Origin: Vulcanimicrobiota bacterium
GTDB taxonomy: Bacteria > Vulcanimicrobiota > Vulcanimicrobiia > Vulcanimicrobiales > Vulcanimicrobiaceae
DNA: 64,000 nucleotides
Assembly: GCA_963755295.1 (NCBI GenBank)
Contig: CAVWIX010000001.1
Location: 6,411-70,410, forward strand
Direction: 5' to 3'
Below the pieces are notes generated by a model. The model was not told the origin of the DNA. It worked only from the letters and a program-made list of their open reading frames with translations, and did no database searches. Made by a program: the position numbers and the translations under genes. Positions 53,728 to 64,000 of this stretch are shown here, one piece after another. Position 1 is the first letter of the stretch; every line of letters begins with the position of its first letter.

Positions 53728-54642
53728 CTAAGACAGGCCCAGCGCCGAGAGAACGCGATCGGCCGCTTCGTAGGGATCGATGCCCGCGCGCGCGTCGTTC
53801 TGCAGCTCGCGATCGAGTCGCCGCTCCAGCCTCCCCAGCGCAAGCTGGCGTACTTGGTGCACGAACGCGTCGCGGCGCCGCCGTTCGATTTCGCCCGTTT
53901 CGTTGAGGTAGGCCATGTGACGCTCGACGGCGTTCCAGAGTTCGTCGATACCGTCTCCCGAGAGCGCTTGAGTCGCAACCAGTTCGGGAACCCAACCGGT
54001 AAACTGCAGCATCTCCATCATCGAGCGGATCTCGCGGCGCAGCTGGTCGGCCATCGGATGGTCCGACTTGTTGACGACAAAAACGTCGGCGATCTCCATG
54101 ATGCCGGCTTTGAGCACCTGAATCGAATCGCCGCTGCCGGGCTGCAGCGCCACCAGCGTCGTCTGTGCCAGCTCCGCAACGGCGACCTCGCTCTGTCCGA
54201 CGCCGACCGTTTCGATGACGATCACGTCCAAGCCGAACGCATCCATGAGCAGCACCGCATCTGCGGTCGCGCCCGAGAGTCCGCCGAGATGGCCGCGGCT
54301 GGCCATCGAACGGATGAAGACCGACTCGTCGGTAAAATGCTCGGAGAGGCGAATGCGATCGCCCAGTAACGCGCCGTGCGAGAACGGCGAACTGGGATCC
54401 ACCGAAACGACGCCGACGCTCTTACCCAGCGTACGCGCCTTACGCACTAGTCCCGAGGCAAGCGTCGACTTGCCGACGCCGGGCGGCCCGGTGAGGCCGA
54501 TGGTCGTGGCGCGGCCGGTCTTGGTGAATAACGCGCGCACCAGGTCGCGGCCGCGTCCCGATTCGGCGTGCGATATCGCGCGCGCCAGCGCGCGCGGCTT
54601 GCGCGCTTCGAAATCGCGCAGCAGATCGGCGTAGGAAGTCAA
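53728..54642 (-). CDS. meaB: Methylmalonyl-CoA mutase-associated GTPase
   Basis: The P-loop GLTGPPGVGKSTL, then ETVGVGQSE and VVNKSD. TTG start. Confidence 0.9.
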   Translation of the reverse strand: MTSYADLLRDFEARKPRALARAISHAESGRGRDLVRALFTKTGRATTIGLTGPPGVGKSTLASGLVRKARTLGKSVGVVSVDPSSPFSHGALLGDRIRLSEHFTDESVFIRSMASRGHLGGLSGATADAVLLMDAFGLDVIVIETVGVGQSEVAVAELAQTTLVALQPGSGDSIQVLKAGIMEIADVFVVNKSDHPMADQLRREIRSMMEMLQFTGWVPELVATQALSGDGIDELWNAVERHMAYLNETGEIERRRRDAFVHQVRQLALGRLERRLDRELQNDARAGIDPYEAADRVLSALGLS

Positions 54643-54784
54643 AGCCTAGGAGCCCGTGGGCCTATGGTCGTCCTAAGACTCATTCGAAATCTACCTCAGC
54701 ATCGCGCACGAGAACAGCCCCACTGGCTCCTCTCTCTTAGCATTAAGCAAGAGCGGACCTTCCTAGAAGCCAACTAGTCGCGCG

Positions 54785-56203
54785 GTGAAGTCGTTCGCAT
54801 CGCGCTGTGCGGCGCTCTTGGCGCTAGGCGCGGTCGTCGCGTTCGCAAGACCGCAGGCTGCGCCGGCCGAGACGCTCGTGGTCCCGCTGACCGGCAAGCG
54901 GGTCCGCGACATTAAGACCGAGACGCTTTTTCACACCCTGATGCGCGACTTCTTTCTGGAAGACGACGCCACCACGTACGTGCAGACGGGCGACATCCCG
55001 GCGATGTGGCTGCGCGATTCTTCGGCGCAGACGATCCCGTACATACGCTATCAGGCGGCCTATCCGGTGCTGCGCGAACGCTTCGTCGGCGTGATCCAGC
55101 GCAACGCCCGCAACGTAATCACCGACCCGTACGCCAACGCGCTGACCGCCGGCTACGGCATCTGGGAACGCAAGTGGGAAGTCGATTCGCCGGCGTGGCT
55201 CGCCGTCCTCGCTTCGGTATACTGGCGCTCCACGCGAGACCGCACCGTCTTCAGCAAAGATCTGCACCGCGCGCTGACGTCGATCGTGGCAACCTACCGG
55301 TGCGAGCAGCGCCATCGGGAGTGCAGTCACTACCGCTATCCTCAGAGGACCTACAGCGATCCGAATTTCAACGAAGCGACGGGGATGATCTGGAGCGCCT
55401 TCCGGCCATCCGACGATGCGGTTCGCTATGCGTTCAACGTTCCGGCCAACGCTTTGGCGGTGGTCGCGCTCCGCGACATCGTGCAGCTCGCGCAAGACGG
55501 CTACGGCGACGCCCATCTTGCCGGCGTGGCGCAATCGGTCGGCGCGCGCGCACAGGTCGGGATCGAACGGTACGGGCGATTCTACAATACCGATCGCCAC
55601 GTCTGGATGTACGCCTACGAGACCGACGGCTACGGACACTACAACCTCATGGACGACGCCAACATTCCCAATCTCACGACGCTGCCGTATATCGACTGGT
55701 GCTCCGCATTCGATGCGACCTATTTGGCCACGCGTAAGTTCGCCCTGAGCATGGACAATCCGTACTATTTTTCCGGGCGTTACGCGCAAGGGCTCGGCAG
55801 CCCGCACACGCCGTACGGTTTCGTCTGGCCGCTCGGCATCATCGGACGCGCGCTTACCGCGACGTCCTCGGTCGAAGTTGCGACGGCGATCACGACGCTG
55901 GCCGAAACGGACGGCGAGAGCGGGTTGATCCACGAAAGCTTCTATCCCGACGGGTATTGGCGATACACGCGCGACGAGTTCGGCTGGGCCAACGCATTGG
56001 GTGCCGAGCTATTCTTTCGCAGCCTCGCAGGCGATTCGGCGACCCAGTTCGCCTGGCGCGGGCCGATTCTGCCCTTCCAAGTGCGCTCGACGACCCCGAC
56101 GCTGGTTCCCAACATTACCCAGATTGAAAATGCAGCCGAGCTCGACGCGACGCTCGGGAGGCTCTTGCATTCGACGGGCGGCGTGATTCCGCGAAGACCC
56201 TAA
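54785..56203 (+). CDS. Glycoside hydrolase family 125-like (metal-independent alpha-mannosidase, DUF1237), secreted
   Basis: Signal peptide. The TGDIPAMWLRDSSAQ block is characteristic of GH125 as I recall it. Confidence 0.7.
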   Translation: MKSFASRCAALLALGAVVAFARPQAAPAETLVVPLTGKRVRDIKTETLFHTLMRDFFLEDDATTYVQTGDIPAMWLRDSSAQTIPYIRYQAAYPVLRERFVGVIQRNARNVITDPYANALTAGYGIWERKWEVDSPAWLAVLASVYWRSTRDRTVFSKDLHRALTSIVATYRCEQRHRECSHYRYPQRTYSDPNFNEATGMIWSAFRPSDDAVRYAFNVPANALAVVALRDIVQLAQDGYGDAHLAGVAQSVGARAQVGIERYGRFYNTDRHVWMYAYETDGYGHYNLMDDANIPNLTTLPYIDWCSAFDATYLATRKFALSMDNPYYFSGRYAQGLGSPHTPYGFVWPLGIIGRALTATSSVEVATAITTLAETDGESGLIHESFYPDGYWRYTRDEFGWANALGAELFFRSLAGDSATQFAWRGPILPFQVRSTTPTLVPNITQIENAAELDATLGRLLHSTGGVIPRRP

Positions 56204-56267
56204 CTCGGCGAACCGCCGTTGTAAGCCCCCAAGGGAAGCCGCGTAGCCTTTCGCCAAGCTTGGCTTT

Positions 56268-59200
56268 ATGGATCAGGGATATTATCGCTATCCGTCGATA
56301 GCGGGCGACCGCATCGTCTTTGTTTGCGAGGACGATCTTTGGACCGTCGCGGCGAGCGGCGGCGACGGCGTACGGTTGACGGTCAGTTTCGGCAGTTGTT
56401 CTTTTCCGCGGCTCTCGCCCGACGGCGCGTGGATTGCTTTCGTCTCCACCGATGAGGGAAATCCCGAGCTCTACGTGATGCCGTCGCGTGGCGGCGAGCC
56501 GCGCCGCCTCACCTTTCTTGGCGCCACCCTGGCACAGACGATCGGCTGGAGCCAAGACGGCAGCGAAATATATTTCTGCGCGAATCCGACCACTTGGTAT
56601 GAGGGGGAAACGCGCCCCTTTGCGATCTCACCCGACGGCGGTACGCCGCGCGAGTTGAATCTAGGGCACGCCCGCTCGCTCGCTTTCGGGCCGGACGGGC
56701 GGATGGTTATTGGACGCAACGCCGCCGACCCGGCGCGCTGGAAGCGCTATCGCGGCGGTACCGCCGGCGAGATTTGGGTCGACGCGGCCGGCAGCGGCAT
56801 CTTTTCGCGGCTTACCCTGCCCGACGGAAATCCGTGCTGGCCGATGTGGATCGGCGATCGCATTTACTTCTTGTCGGATCACGAGGGCATCGGCAACGTT
56901 TATTCGTGCGCGCTGGACGGCGGCGAGTTGCGCCGCCACACCAACGAGAACGAGTATTACGTTCGCTTTCCTTCCACCGACGGCAAGCGCATCGTCTACT
57001 CGAACGGCGGCACCATTTCGTTTTACGACATCGCTGCCGACGCGGTATCGCCGGTCGACGTACACACGCACTCGACCGCACCGCAAACGGTGCGCCGCTT
57101 TGAAAATGCCGCCGAATCGCTGGAGGGATTCGCGCCGCACCCCGACGGCACGCAACTCGCCTTCGTTTCGCGGGGACAGCAGTTCACGATGCCGCTCTTT
57201 GAAGGCGCCGTGACGCGACACGGCTCGGGAAGCGGTGCGCGCACGCGGCTAACGCAGTGGCTCGCCGACGGAGAGCATCTCGTCTACGTCACCGACGCCA
57301 ACGGATACGAACAGATCGGCGTCTGCCGCGACGACGCATCGAACGAAGCGAAGCTCGTTACCAGCGCCGATATCGGACGCGTGACCGACCTGGTCTGCTC
57401 GCCTTCCGACCGCGTCGTGGCGTTCGCCAATCACCGCCACGAGCTGAGCATTCTCGATCTCGACGACGGAAACGTCCGCGTCGTCGACACTTGCCCGACG
57501 CACCGTATCGAAGAGCTGGCCTTCTCACCCGACGGACGATTTATCGCATACGTGTGGTGGCCGGCACAGGGAACGTCGATCATCCGCGTGGTGAAGGTCC
57601 GCTCGGGCAAGGTGCACGACATCACCTCGCCGCTGCGCATCGATCGCTCGCCGGTTTGGGACCCCGACGGCAAGTATCTCTACTTCATCTCGACGCGCGA
57701 CTTCAACCCCGTCTACGACGCGCTTCAGTTCGATTTGAGCTTCCCGCAGGCGAGCCGCCCATTCGTCGTCACCCTGCGCGACGACGTGCCGTCGCCGTTC
57801 GTCCCCAAGCCCAAGCCGATCCATCACGAGCACACTCGCGAACGCGAACGGTCGAACCACAAGCCGGAGAAAATGCCGGACGTCTCGATCGACTTCGACG
57901 GGATCAGCGGACGCGTGCTCGGCTTTCCGGTGGACGAAGGCGAGTACGGCCAGATCGTCGCAGCACGCGAACGCGCCCTCTTCACCCGCTTCCCCGTCAA
58001 GGGAATCAAGCCGGTGCGCCGCGAGGATCTCGATAGCGAAGGCCACGGTGCGCTTCTCGCATACGATTTCGACCAGCAGCGCATGGCGACGCTCGCCACC
58101 GAAGTCGACGAGATCGAGATCGGTCGCGACGGGCGCACGCTGGTCTACCGTTCGCGCGACCGTTTGCGCGCCATCGACGCGCTCAGCGATCTGCCCGAAG
58201 AAGGCGACGAGCAGAAGCCGCCGCCCGAACCGGGACGCCGCAGCGGCTGGATCGAGCTCGAGCGGGCGAACGTGGAGATCGTTCCGCGCGACGAGTGGTC
58301 GCAGATGTATCGCGAAGCCTGGCGTCTGCAGACCGAACAGTTCTGGGTCGAGGATATGAGCGACATCGACTGGGATCGAGTCTTCGACCGCTACGCCGCC
58401 GTGCTTCCGCGCGTGCGCACGCGCGGCGAGCTCTCCGATTTGATTTGGGAGATGCAGGGCGAGCTCGGCACCTCGCACGCCTACGAGTGGGGCGGCGATT
58501 ATCGCGAGCCTCCCCAGTATCAGCGCGGCTTTCTCGGGGCGGACGTACGCTGGGACGAAGATCGCGGTGGATATTGCATCGAACGCATCTATCGCGGCGA
58601 TTCTTGGAACCGCGAACACGATTCGCCGCTGGCCGAACCCGGGCACGACGTGCGCGAAGGCGACTGCATCGTGGCCATCGGCGGGAAACGTCTCTCGCGC
58701 GAGGTCGCGCCCGATCGCCTGCTCGTAAACGCTGCGGGACGCAACGTCTCGGTTACGTTACGCGCACGAAAGGGCGAAGAACGTACCGTGCTCGTCCAAG
58801 CCCTCGCGAGTGAAGCGGCGCTGCGCTACCGCGCGTGGGTCGAAGCGAACCGAAAACTCGTGCACGAACGCACCGGCGAACGCGTCGGTTACTTGCACAT
58901 CCCAGACATGGGACCGTGGGGTTTCTCCGAGTTTCACCGCGGCTATTTGAGTGAGTTCGACCGTAAAGGCCTCATCGTCGACGTTCGCTACAATCGCGGC
59001 GGACACGTCTCACCGCTGCTGCTCGAGAAGCTGGCGCGTAAGCGCGTCGGTTACGACACTCCCCGCTACGGTGCCCCGGTTCCATATCCGCCCGAATCGG
59101 TCGGCGGTCCGATCGTCGCCCTCACCAATCAGTTTGCCGGTTCCGACGGCGACATCTTCAGCCACTGCTTCAAGCTCTACAAGCTCGGACCGCTCGTCGG

Positions 59201-59495
59201 CAAACGGACCTGGGGCGGCGTCATCGGCATCGATCCCTACCATCACCTCGTCGACGGTACCCTGACGACGCAGCCCGAGTTCTCGTTCTGGTTCGTCGAC
59301 GTCGGCTGGCGAGTGGAAAACTACGGTACCGATCCCGACTATGACGTGGACATCCCGCCGCACGATTATCGCGACGGCAAGGATCCGCAAATGGAGCTCG
59401 CGCTTCAGTTAATGGACCGCGCCCTCGAAGGATACGTCGAGGTGCGGCCGGATCTCTCGACGCGGCCATCGTTACCATTGCCGACGCTCGCCTAA
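56268..59495 (+). CDS. Tricorn protease homolog (S41 family with N-terminal beta-propellers)
   Basis: 1075 aa. The N-terminus YYRYPSI.GD.IVFV.EDDLW.V...GG...RLT matches the tricorn start. A C-terminal S41-like region carries ...NQFAGSDGDIFSH.FK....G.L.G.RTWGGVIG. Confidence 0.85.
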   Translation: MDQGYYRYPSIAGDRIVFVCEDDLWTVAASGGDGVRLTVSFGSCSFPRLSPDGAWIAFVSTDEGNPELYVMPSRGGEPRRLTFLGATLAQTIGWSQDGSEIYFCANPTTWYEGETRPFAISPDGGTPRELNLGHARSLAFGPDGRMVIGRNAADPARWKRYRGGTAGEIWVDAAGSGIFSRLTLPDGNPCWPMWIGDRIYFLSDHEGIGNVYSCALDGGELRRHTNENEYYVRFPSTDGKRIVYSNGGTISFYDIAADAVSPVDVHTHSTAPQTVRRFENAAESLEGFAPHPDGTQLAFVSRGQQFTMPLFEGAVTRHGSGSGARTRLTQWLADGEHLVYVTDANGYEQIGVCRDDASNEAKLVTSADIGRVTDLVCSPSDRVVAFANHRHELSILDLDDGNVRVVDTCPTHRIEELAFSPDGRFIAYVWWPAQGTSIIRVVKVRSGKVHDITSPLRIDRSPVWDPDGKYLYFISTRDFNPVYDALQFDLSFPQASRPFVVTLRDDVPSPFVPKPKPIHHEHTRERERSNHKPEKMPDVSIDFDGISGRVLGFPVDEGEYGQIVAARERALFTRFPVKGIKPVRREDLDSEGHGALLAYDFDQQRMATLATEVDEIEIGRDGRTLVYRSRDRLRAIDALSDLPEEGDEQKPPPEPGRRSGWIELERANVEIVPRDEWSQMYREAWRLQTEQFWVEDMSDIDWDRVFDRYAAVLPRVRTRGELSDLIWEMQGELGTSHAYEWGGDYREPPQYQRGFLGADVRWDEDRGGYCIERIYRGDSWNREHDSPLAEPGHDVREGDCIVAIGGKRLSREVAPDRLLVNAAGRNVSVTLRARKGEERTVLVQALASEAALRYRAWVEANRKLVHERTGERVGYLHIPDMGPWGFSEFHRGYLSEFDRKGLIVDVRYNRGGHVSPLLLEKLARKRVGYDTPRYGAPVPYPPESVGGPIVALTNQFAGSDGDIFSHCFKLYKLGPLVGKRTWGGVIGIDPYHHLVDGTLTTQPEFSFWFVDVGWRVENYGTDPDYDVDIPPHDYRDGKDPQMELALQLMDRALEGYVEVRPDLSTRPSLPLPTLA

Positions 59496-59506
59496 CCGCA
59501 GCGCGC

Positions 59507-60952
59507 TTGGCGCCGGTCGCGGCATTCGTGGTGCCCGCGGCCGTATTCGCGGTGAGCGCGTCGTGGGAACCGGCCTCGTGGGACACGGCCGAGCTGCAAG
59601 GCGTCCCATACATCCTGGGGATCACGCATCCGACGGGTTTCCCGCTCTACGTGATGCTCGGCTACGTGTGGTCGCACGCGATTGCGATTTCCACCGTCGC
59701 CTGGCGCATGAACGCGATGAGCGGCGCCGCCATCGCCGTCGCCTGCGTCGCCGCATACGGAACGGCCCGTCAGTTCGGCGCGAGCCGCACCATCGCGCTT
59801 CTGGCAACGCTATGGTTCGCTTTTTCACGCAACGTTTGGGCGCACGCCGCGCGGGCCGAAGCGCAAGATCTCGCCGTAATGTGCGCGGCGCTGTCGATCT
59901 ATCTCTTCGTCCGATGGATGCGCGAAGGAAACGATCGACGTTTTCTCGGCGCCTTCGCCCTCTGCGGAGCCGGCATGGCGGCGCACCCCAATGCGTTGTG
60001 GGTTCTGCCGGGGCTGGTCGTCGGAGGGGCGATCGCGCCGCGGCGGCCTTCGCCACGCCTGATCGCCGGAGCGCTCGCGCTCTGCGTGGCCGGTCTCGCG
60101 CTCTATCTGTATCTTCCGTTGCGCTCGGCGTACGTCGTCGCAAACCATCTCGATCCCACCGCGGTGTTACCGGGCGCCGGCGGCGGAATCTTCTGGAACT
60201 ACAACAATCCGAGCTCCTTTAGCGGCTTCGTGCGTGAAGTCACCGGAAGCGACACGCAGAGTGGGCAGTACTTACTCGCGGCATTCAATCCGGTGCACGT
60301 CCGCGACGCGCTGTGGACCTTCATCGTTACCATTCACGAACAATACGGCGCGATCGTCACGCTGCTGCTCGCCGGCGGTTTCATCGCTGCCTGGCGGCGC
60401 GACTGGCCGGTAACGCTCGTGGTTACCACCGCGTGTCTGGCCGGCCTACTCTTCTCGGTGGCCTATCCCAACGAAAGCGACGTCAGCCGCTACCGGCTGC
60501 TCGTCTCGTGGCTGGCCGTTCCGCTGCTCGGCGCGCTCACGCCGTCGTCGCCCCGTCGCCGCGATGCGGTCGTCACGTGGGCACTGGCTCTCTTTTTGGC
60601 GACGGGGGCCGCGCTCGCGTTCGCCGCGCAGCGCGGATTTCTGCACCACTCGCCCGGCGAGAACGGCCGCTGGGTCATCGCAGCGGTCGAGCATCGCGTG
60701 CCGGCCGGAAGCGCCGTGGTAGCGGACTGGCTCGATGCTACATCGCTGGCGTACGGCGCCTACGTCGACCGCTCGTTACCGCAAAGAATCGTCCTCTCCG
60801 ACGACTCGATGCGCCTCGCCCTCTATCGGCGATGGGCCAGGCAACTGCGCGTTTTCGTGCTGGTCGATCCTCACGTCGTGACGTCACTTCCGGGCGCGCG
60901 GGACTACGCGAGCCTGGACGGCTACCACGAACTCTACGAAGTACTCCCGTAA
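59507..60952 (+). CDS. DUF2723-like polytopic membrane protein (GT-C glycosyltransferase-like)
   Basis: DTAELQGVPYILGITHPTGFPLYVMLGYVW is typical of DUF2723 / protein O-mannosyltransferase-like proteins. Many TM helices. TTG start. Confidence 0.65.
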   Translation: MAPVAAFVVPAAVFAVSASWEPASWDTAELQGVPYILGITHPTGFPLYVMLGYVWSHAIAISTVAWRMNAMSGAAIAVACVAAYGTARQFGASRTIALLATLWFAFSRNVWAHAARAEAQDLAVMCAALSIYLFVRWMREGNDRRFLGAFALCGAGMAAHPNALWVLPGLVVGGAIAPRRPSPRLIAGALALCVAGLALYLYLPLRSAYVVANHLDPTAVLPGAGGGIFWNYNNPSSFSGFVREVTGSDTQSGQYLLAAFNPVHVRDALWTFIVTIHEQYGAIVTLLLAGGFIAAWRRDWPVTLVVTTACLAGLLFSVAYPNESDVSRYRLLVSWLAVPLLGALTPSSPRRRDAVVTWALALFLATGAALAFAAQRGFLHHSPGENGRWVIAAVEHRVPAGSAVVADWLDATSLAYGAYVDRSLPQRIVLSDDSMRLALYRRWARQLRVFVLVDPHVVTSLPGARDYASLDGYHELYEVLP

Positions 60953-61158
60953 AAACCGAGCGATCACTCCATCAAAGCCGCGGGCAACGGCCGCCGAGCC
61001 GACGGCAAAGTCGTCCCACCCCATTTGGGACTTGACTTCGGGTTCGCGTCCAGCGAACATTGGGTAAATACCTTATCGGTCCAAGAATAAATACTATACC
61101 ATCCAATATCTGCCAACTGCGTTGCTTGGACCATCCAATTGCCGTCAAAGGGGGACTG

Positions 61159-62460
<1,302 letters not shown>

Positions 62461-62469
62461 GTTAGAGCC

Positions 62470-63975
62470 ATGAACGTCGCGCCGGCCGGTTTCACGATCA
62501 CTCGCGATCTCCCGGCCGGCTTTGCCGATTTTTATCTTCCGCTGCACAAGCGCTTCGCGCCACTTCAGCAACGGCTGCTGCAAGCGCGCAAGGATCGGCT
62601 CGCGCGCGCCCACACCGGCGAGCTGCCCGATTATCTTCCGCCGTCGGAAGCGACGCAGAATCGGTGGCGCATCGAATTGCCTAGCTGGTGCGCCGATCAA
62701 CGCAATCAAATGACCGGCCCTGCCGACGATGCCGAGCTCTGCGTGAAGATGCTCAACTCGGGCGCGCCCGGCGTGATGCTCGATCTCGAAGACTCGATGG
62801 CCAACACTTGGGATCATTTGATGCTCGGCCATCGCAACATCGTCGCGGCGTTAGCCGGCGAGCTGACCTATGAGGATGCCAAGCGCGGGCGCACCGTCGC
62901 GATCGCGCCGAGCGATACGGTGATCTGGAGCCGCGTTCGCGGGCTGCACCTTTCGCAAGCCGGCGTAATCTCGCACGTTGCAACGAGCGCTTCGCTCTTC
63001 GATCTGGCGCTGCTGGCGTTCCGCGTCGGCACCTCCCGGATGCAACGCCCGCTGTGCATCTACATTCCAAAATCGGAGTCAGCCGAGGAAGCGCTCTGGT
63101 GGCGCGACGTTTTCGACGCGCTGGTCGAAGGCATGGAGTGGGAGCCGGGCGCGATTAAGGCGATGGGCTTGGTGGAGTCGCATCCGCTCGCTTATCAGAT
63201 GGAAGAGTTCGTCTTTAACCTGCGCGACTATCTCGTCGGGCTCAACCTCGGGCGCTGGGATTATATGGCCAGCCTCGTTCACTACAACCTCGAGGACCCG
63301 CAGTGGCTGCTGCCCGATAGAAACACGATTCCAATCGACGTCCCGTTCTTCCAGAGGTTGCGCACGCTGCTGCCGGAAATCTGTCACAAGCACGGCATTT
63401 TAGCCATCGGCGGAATGACCGCGCTCTACCCGAGCCGCGAAGATCCCGAACTTAACGCGCGCGCCCTCGACGTGCTGGAGCGGGACAAGCGTAACGAGGC
63501 CCAGTGCCTGATGGACGGCGCCTGGACCGGCCATCCCGATCAAAACGCCATCGCGGTAGCGCAGTTCCCCGCTCCAAATCAGCTTGGCGAGCGTCCCGCG
63601 CTCGAAACGCCGCACCCCGATTTGCGCCCGGCGCCGCGCGGCATCGGCAGCACCACACTGGAAGGCACGCGCGCAGCGGTCCGTACCGTGATTCGTTACC
63701 GCCACGGCGTCTTGGACGGGCGCGGCGCGAGCCTTCTCGATGGTTACATGGAAGATCTGGCCACCGACCGAATCTATCGTTTGATGATCGCCCAACGACT
63801 GCGCTATCCCGGGCAACATACTCCGGCATCGATCGGCGCGATGTTCGACGAAGAGCTCGCGCGCATTCTACGCGAGCTGCCTGCCGAGGCGGAAGAGGCA
63901 ACGCTGAGCCGCTATCGCCGGGCGCGCGAACTCTCCGAGCGTATGATTCTCACCGGCGCCTTCGACCCTACCTGA
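62470..63975 (+). CDS. aceB: Malate synthase A
   Basis: MLNSGA.GVMLDLEDS.ANTW, ...LNLGRWDY..S and GMTA. Lies 9 nt downstream of aceA. Confidence 0.9.
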   Translation: MNVAPAGFTITRDLPAGFADFYLPLHKRFAPLQQRLLQARKDRLARAHTGELPDYLPPSEATQNRWRIELPSWCADQRNQMTGPADDAELCVKMLNSGAPGVMLDLEDSMANTWDHLMLGHRNIVAALAGELTYEDAKRGRTVAIAPSDTVIWSRVRGLHLSQAGVISHVATSASLFDLALLAFRVGTSRMQRPLCIYIPKSESAEEALWWRDVFDALVEGMEWEPGAIKAMGLVESHPLAYQMEEFVFNLRDYLVGLNLGRWDYMASLVHYNLEDPQWLLPDRNTIPIDVPFFQRLRTLLPEICHKHGILAIGGMTALYPSREDPELNARALDVLERDKRNEAQCLMDGAWTGHPDQNAIAVAQFPAPNQLGERPALETPHPDLRPAPRGIGSTTLEGTRAAVRTVIRYRHGVLDGRGASLLDGYMEDLATDRIYRLMIAQRLRYPGQHTPASIGAMFDEELARILRELPAEAEEATLSRYRRARELSERMILTGAFDPT

Positions 63976-64000
63976 GTTGAGCCGGCGCGTTCCTGCGCTC

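Overview
High-GC bacterial chromosome segment with no rRNA and no CRISPR array. The left ~24 kb (1-24353) is accessory DNA. It holds a decayed integrative/mobilizable element at the 3' end of tRNA-Glu: a relaxase broken into four reading frames, an excisionase-like HTH, an intact tyrosine integrase, and a duplicated structured leader. Next comes a secretome island in which almost every gene encodes a lipoprotein or secreted protein. This island has five paralogs of an unnamed beta-propeller-like lipoprotein family, a multicopper oxidase, a HAF-repeat protein, an NHL-like protein and a DUF3604-like Tat lipoprotein. It also carries a large ATPase-LuxR (LAL) regulator, an integrase fragment and tetR remnants, and it ends at tRNA-Met. 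Two of the paralogs are preceded by a conserved ~57-nt inverted-repeat element that I cannot assign to any known RNA class. The right ~40 kb is housekeeping. It encodes eno-ndk, birA, acpS-nnr and a long co-directional string uvrB...uvrA-ligA-trpEGDFBA that lacks trpC. It continues with prs-rplY-pth, glmU-gltX, a split methylmalonyl-CoA mutase with meaB, GH125, tricorn protease and aceA-aceB. Oddities in this part include an archaemetzincin-like protein with HALGH instead of HELGH, an M48-like protein without HExxH, and two genes whose conserved N-termini lie upstream of any canonical start codon. Apparent frameshifts are confined to the accessory part. All functional calls rest on motif recognition in the supplied translations and on manual folding. 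No database search, HMM or statistics could be run, and family names given as DUFxxxx are from memory and need confirmation.
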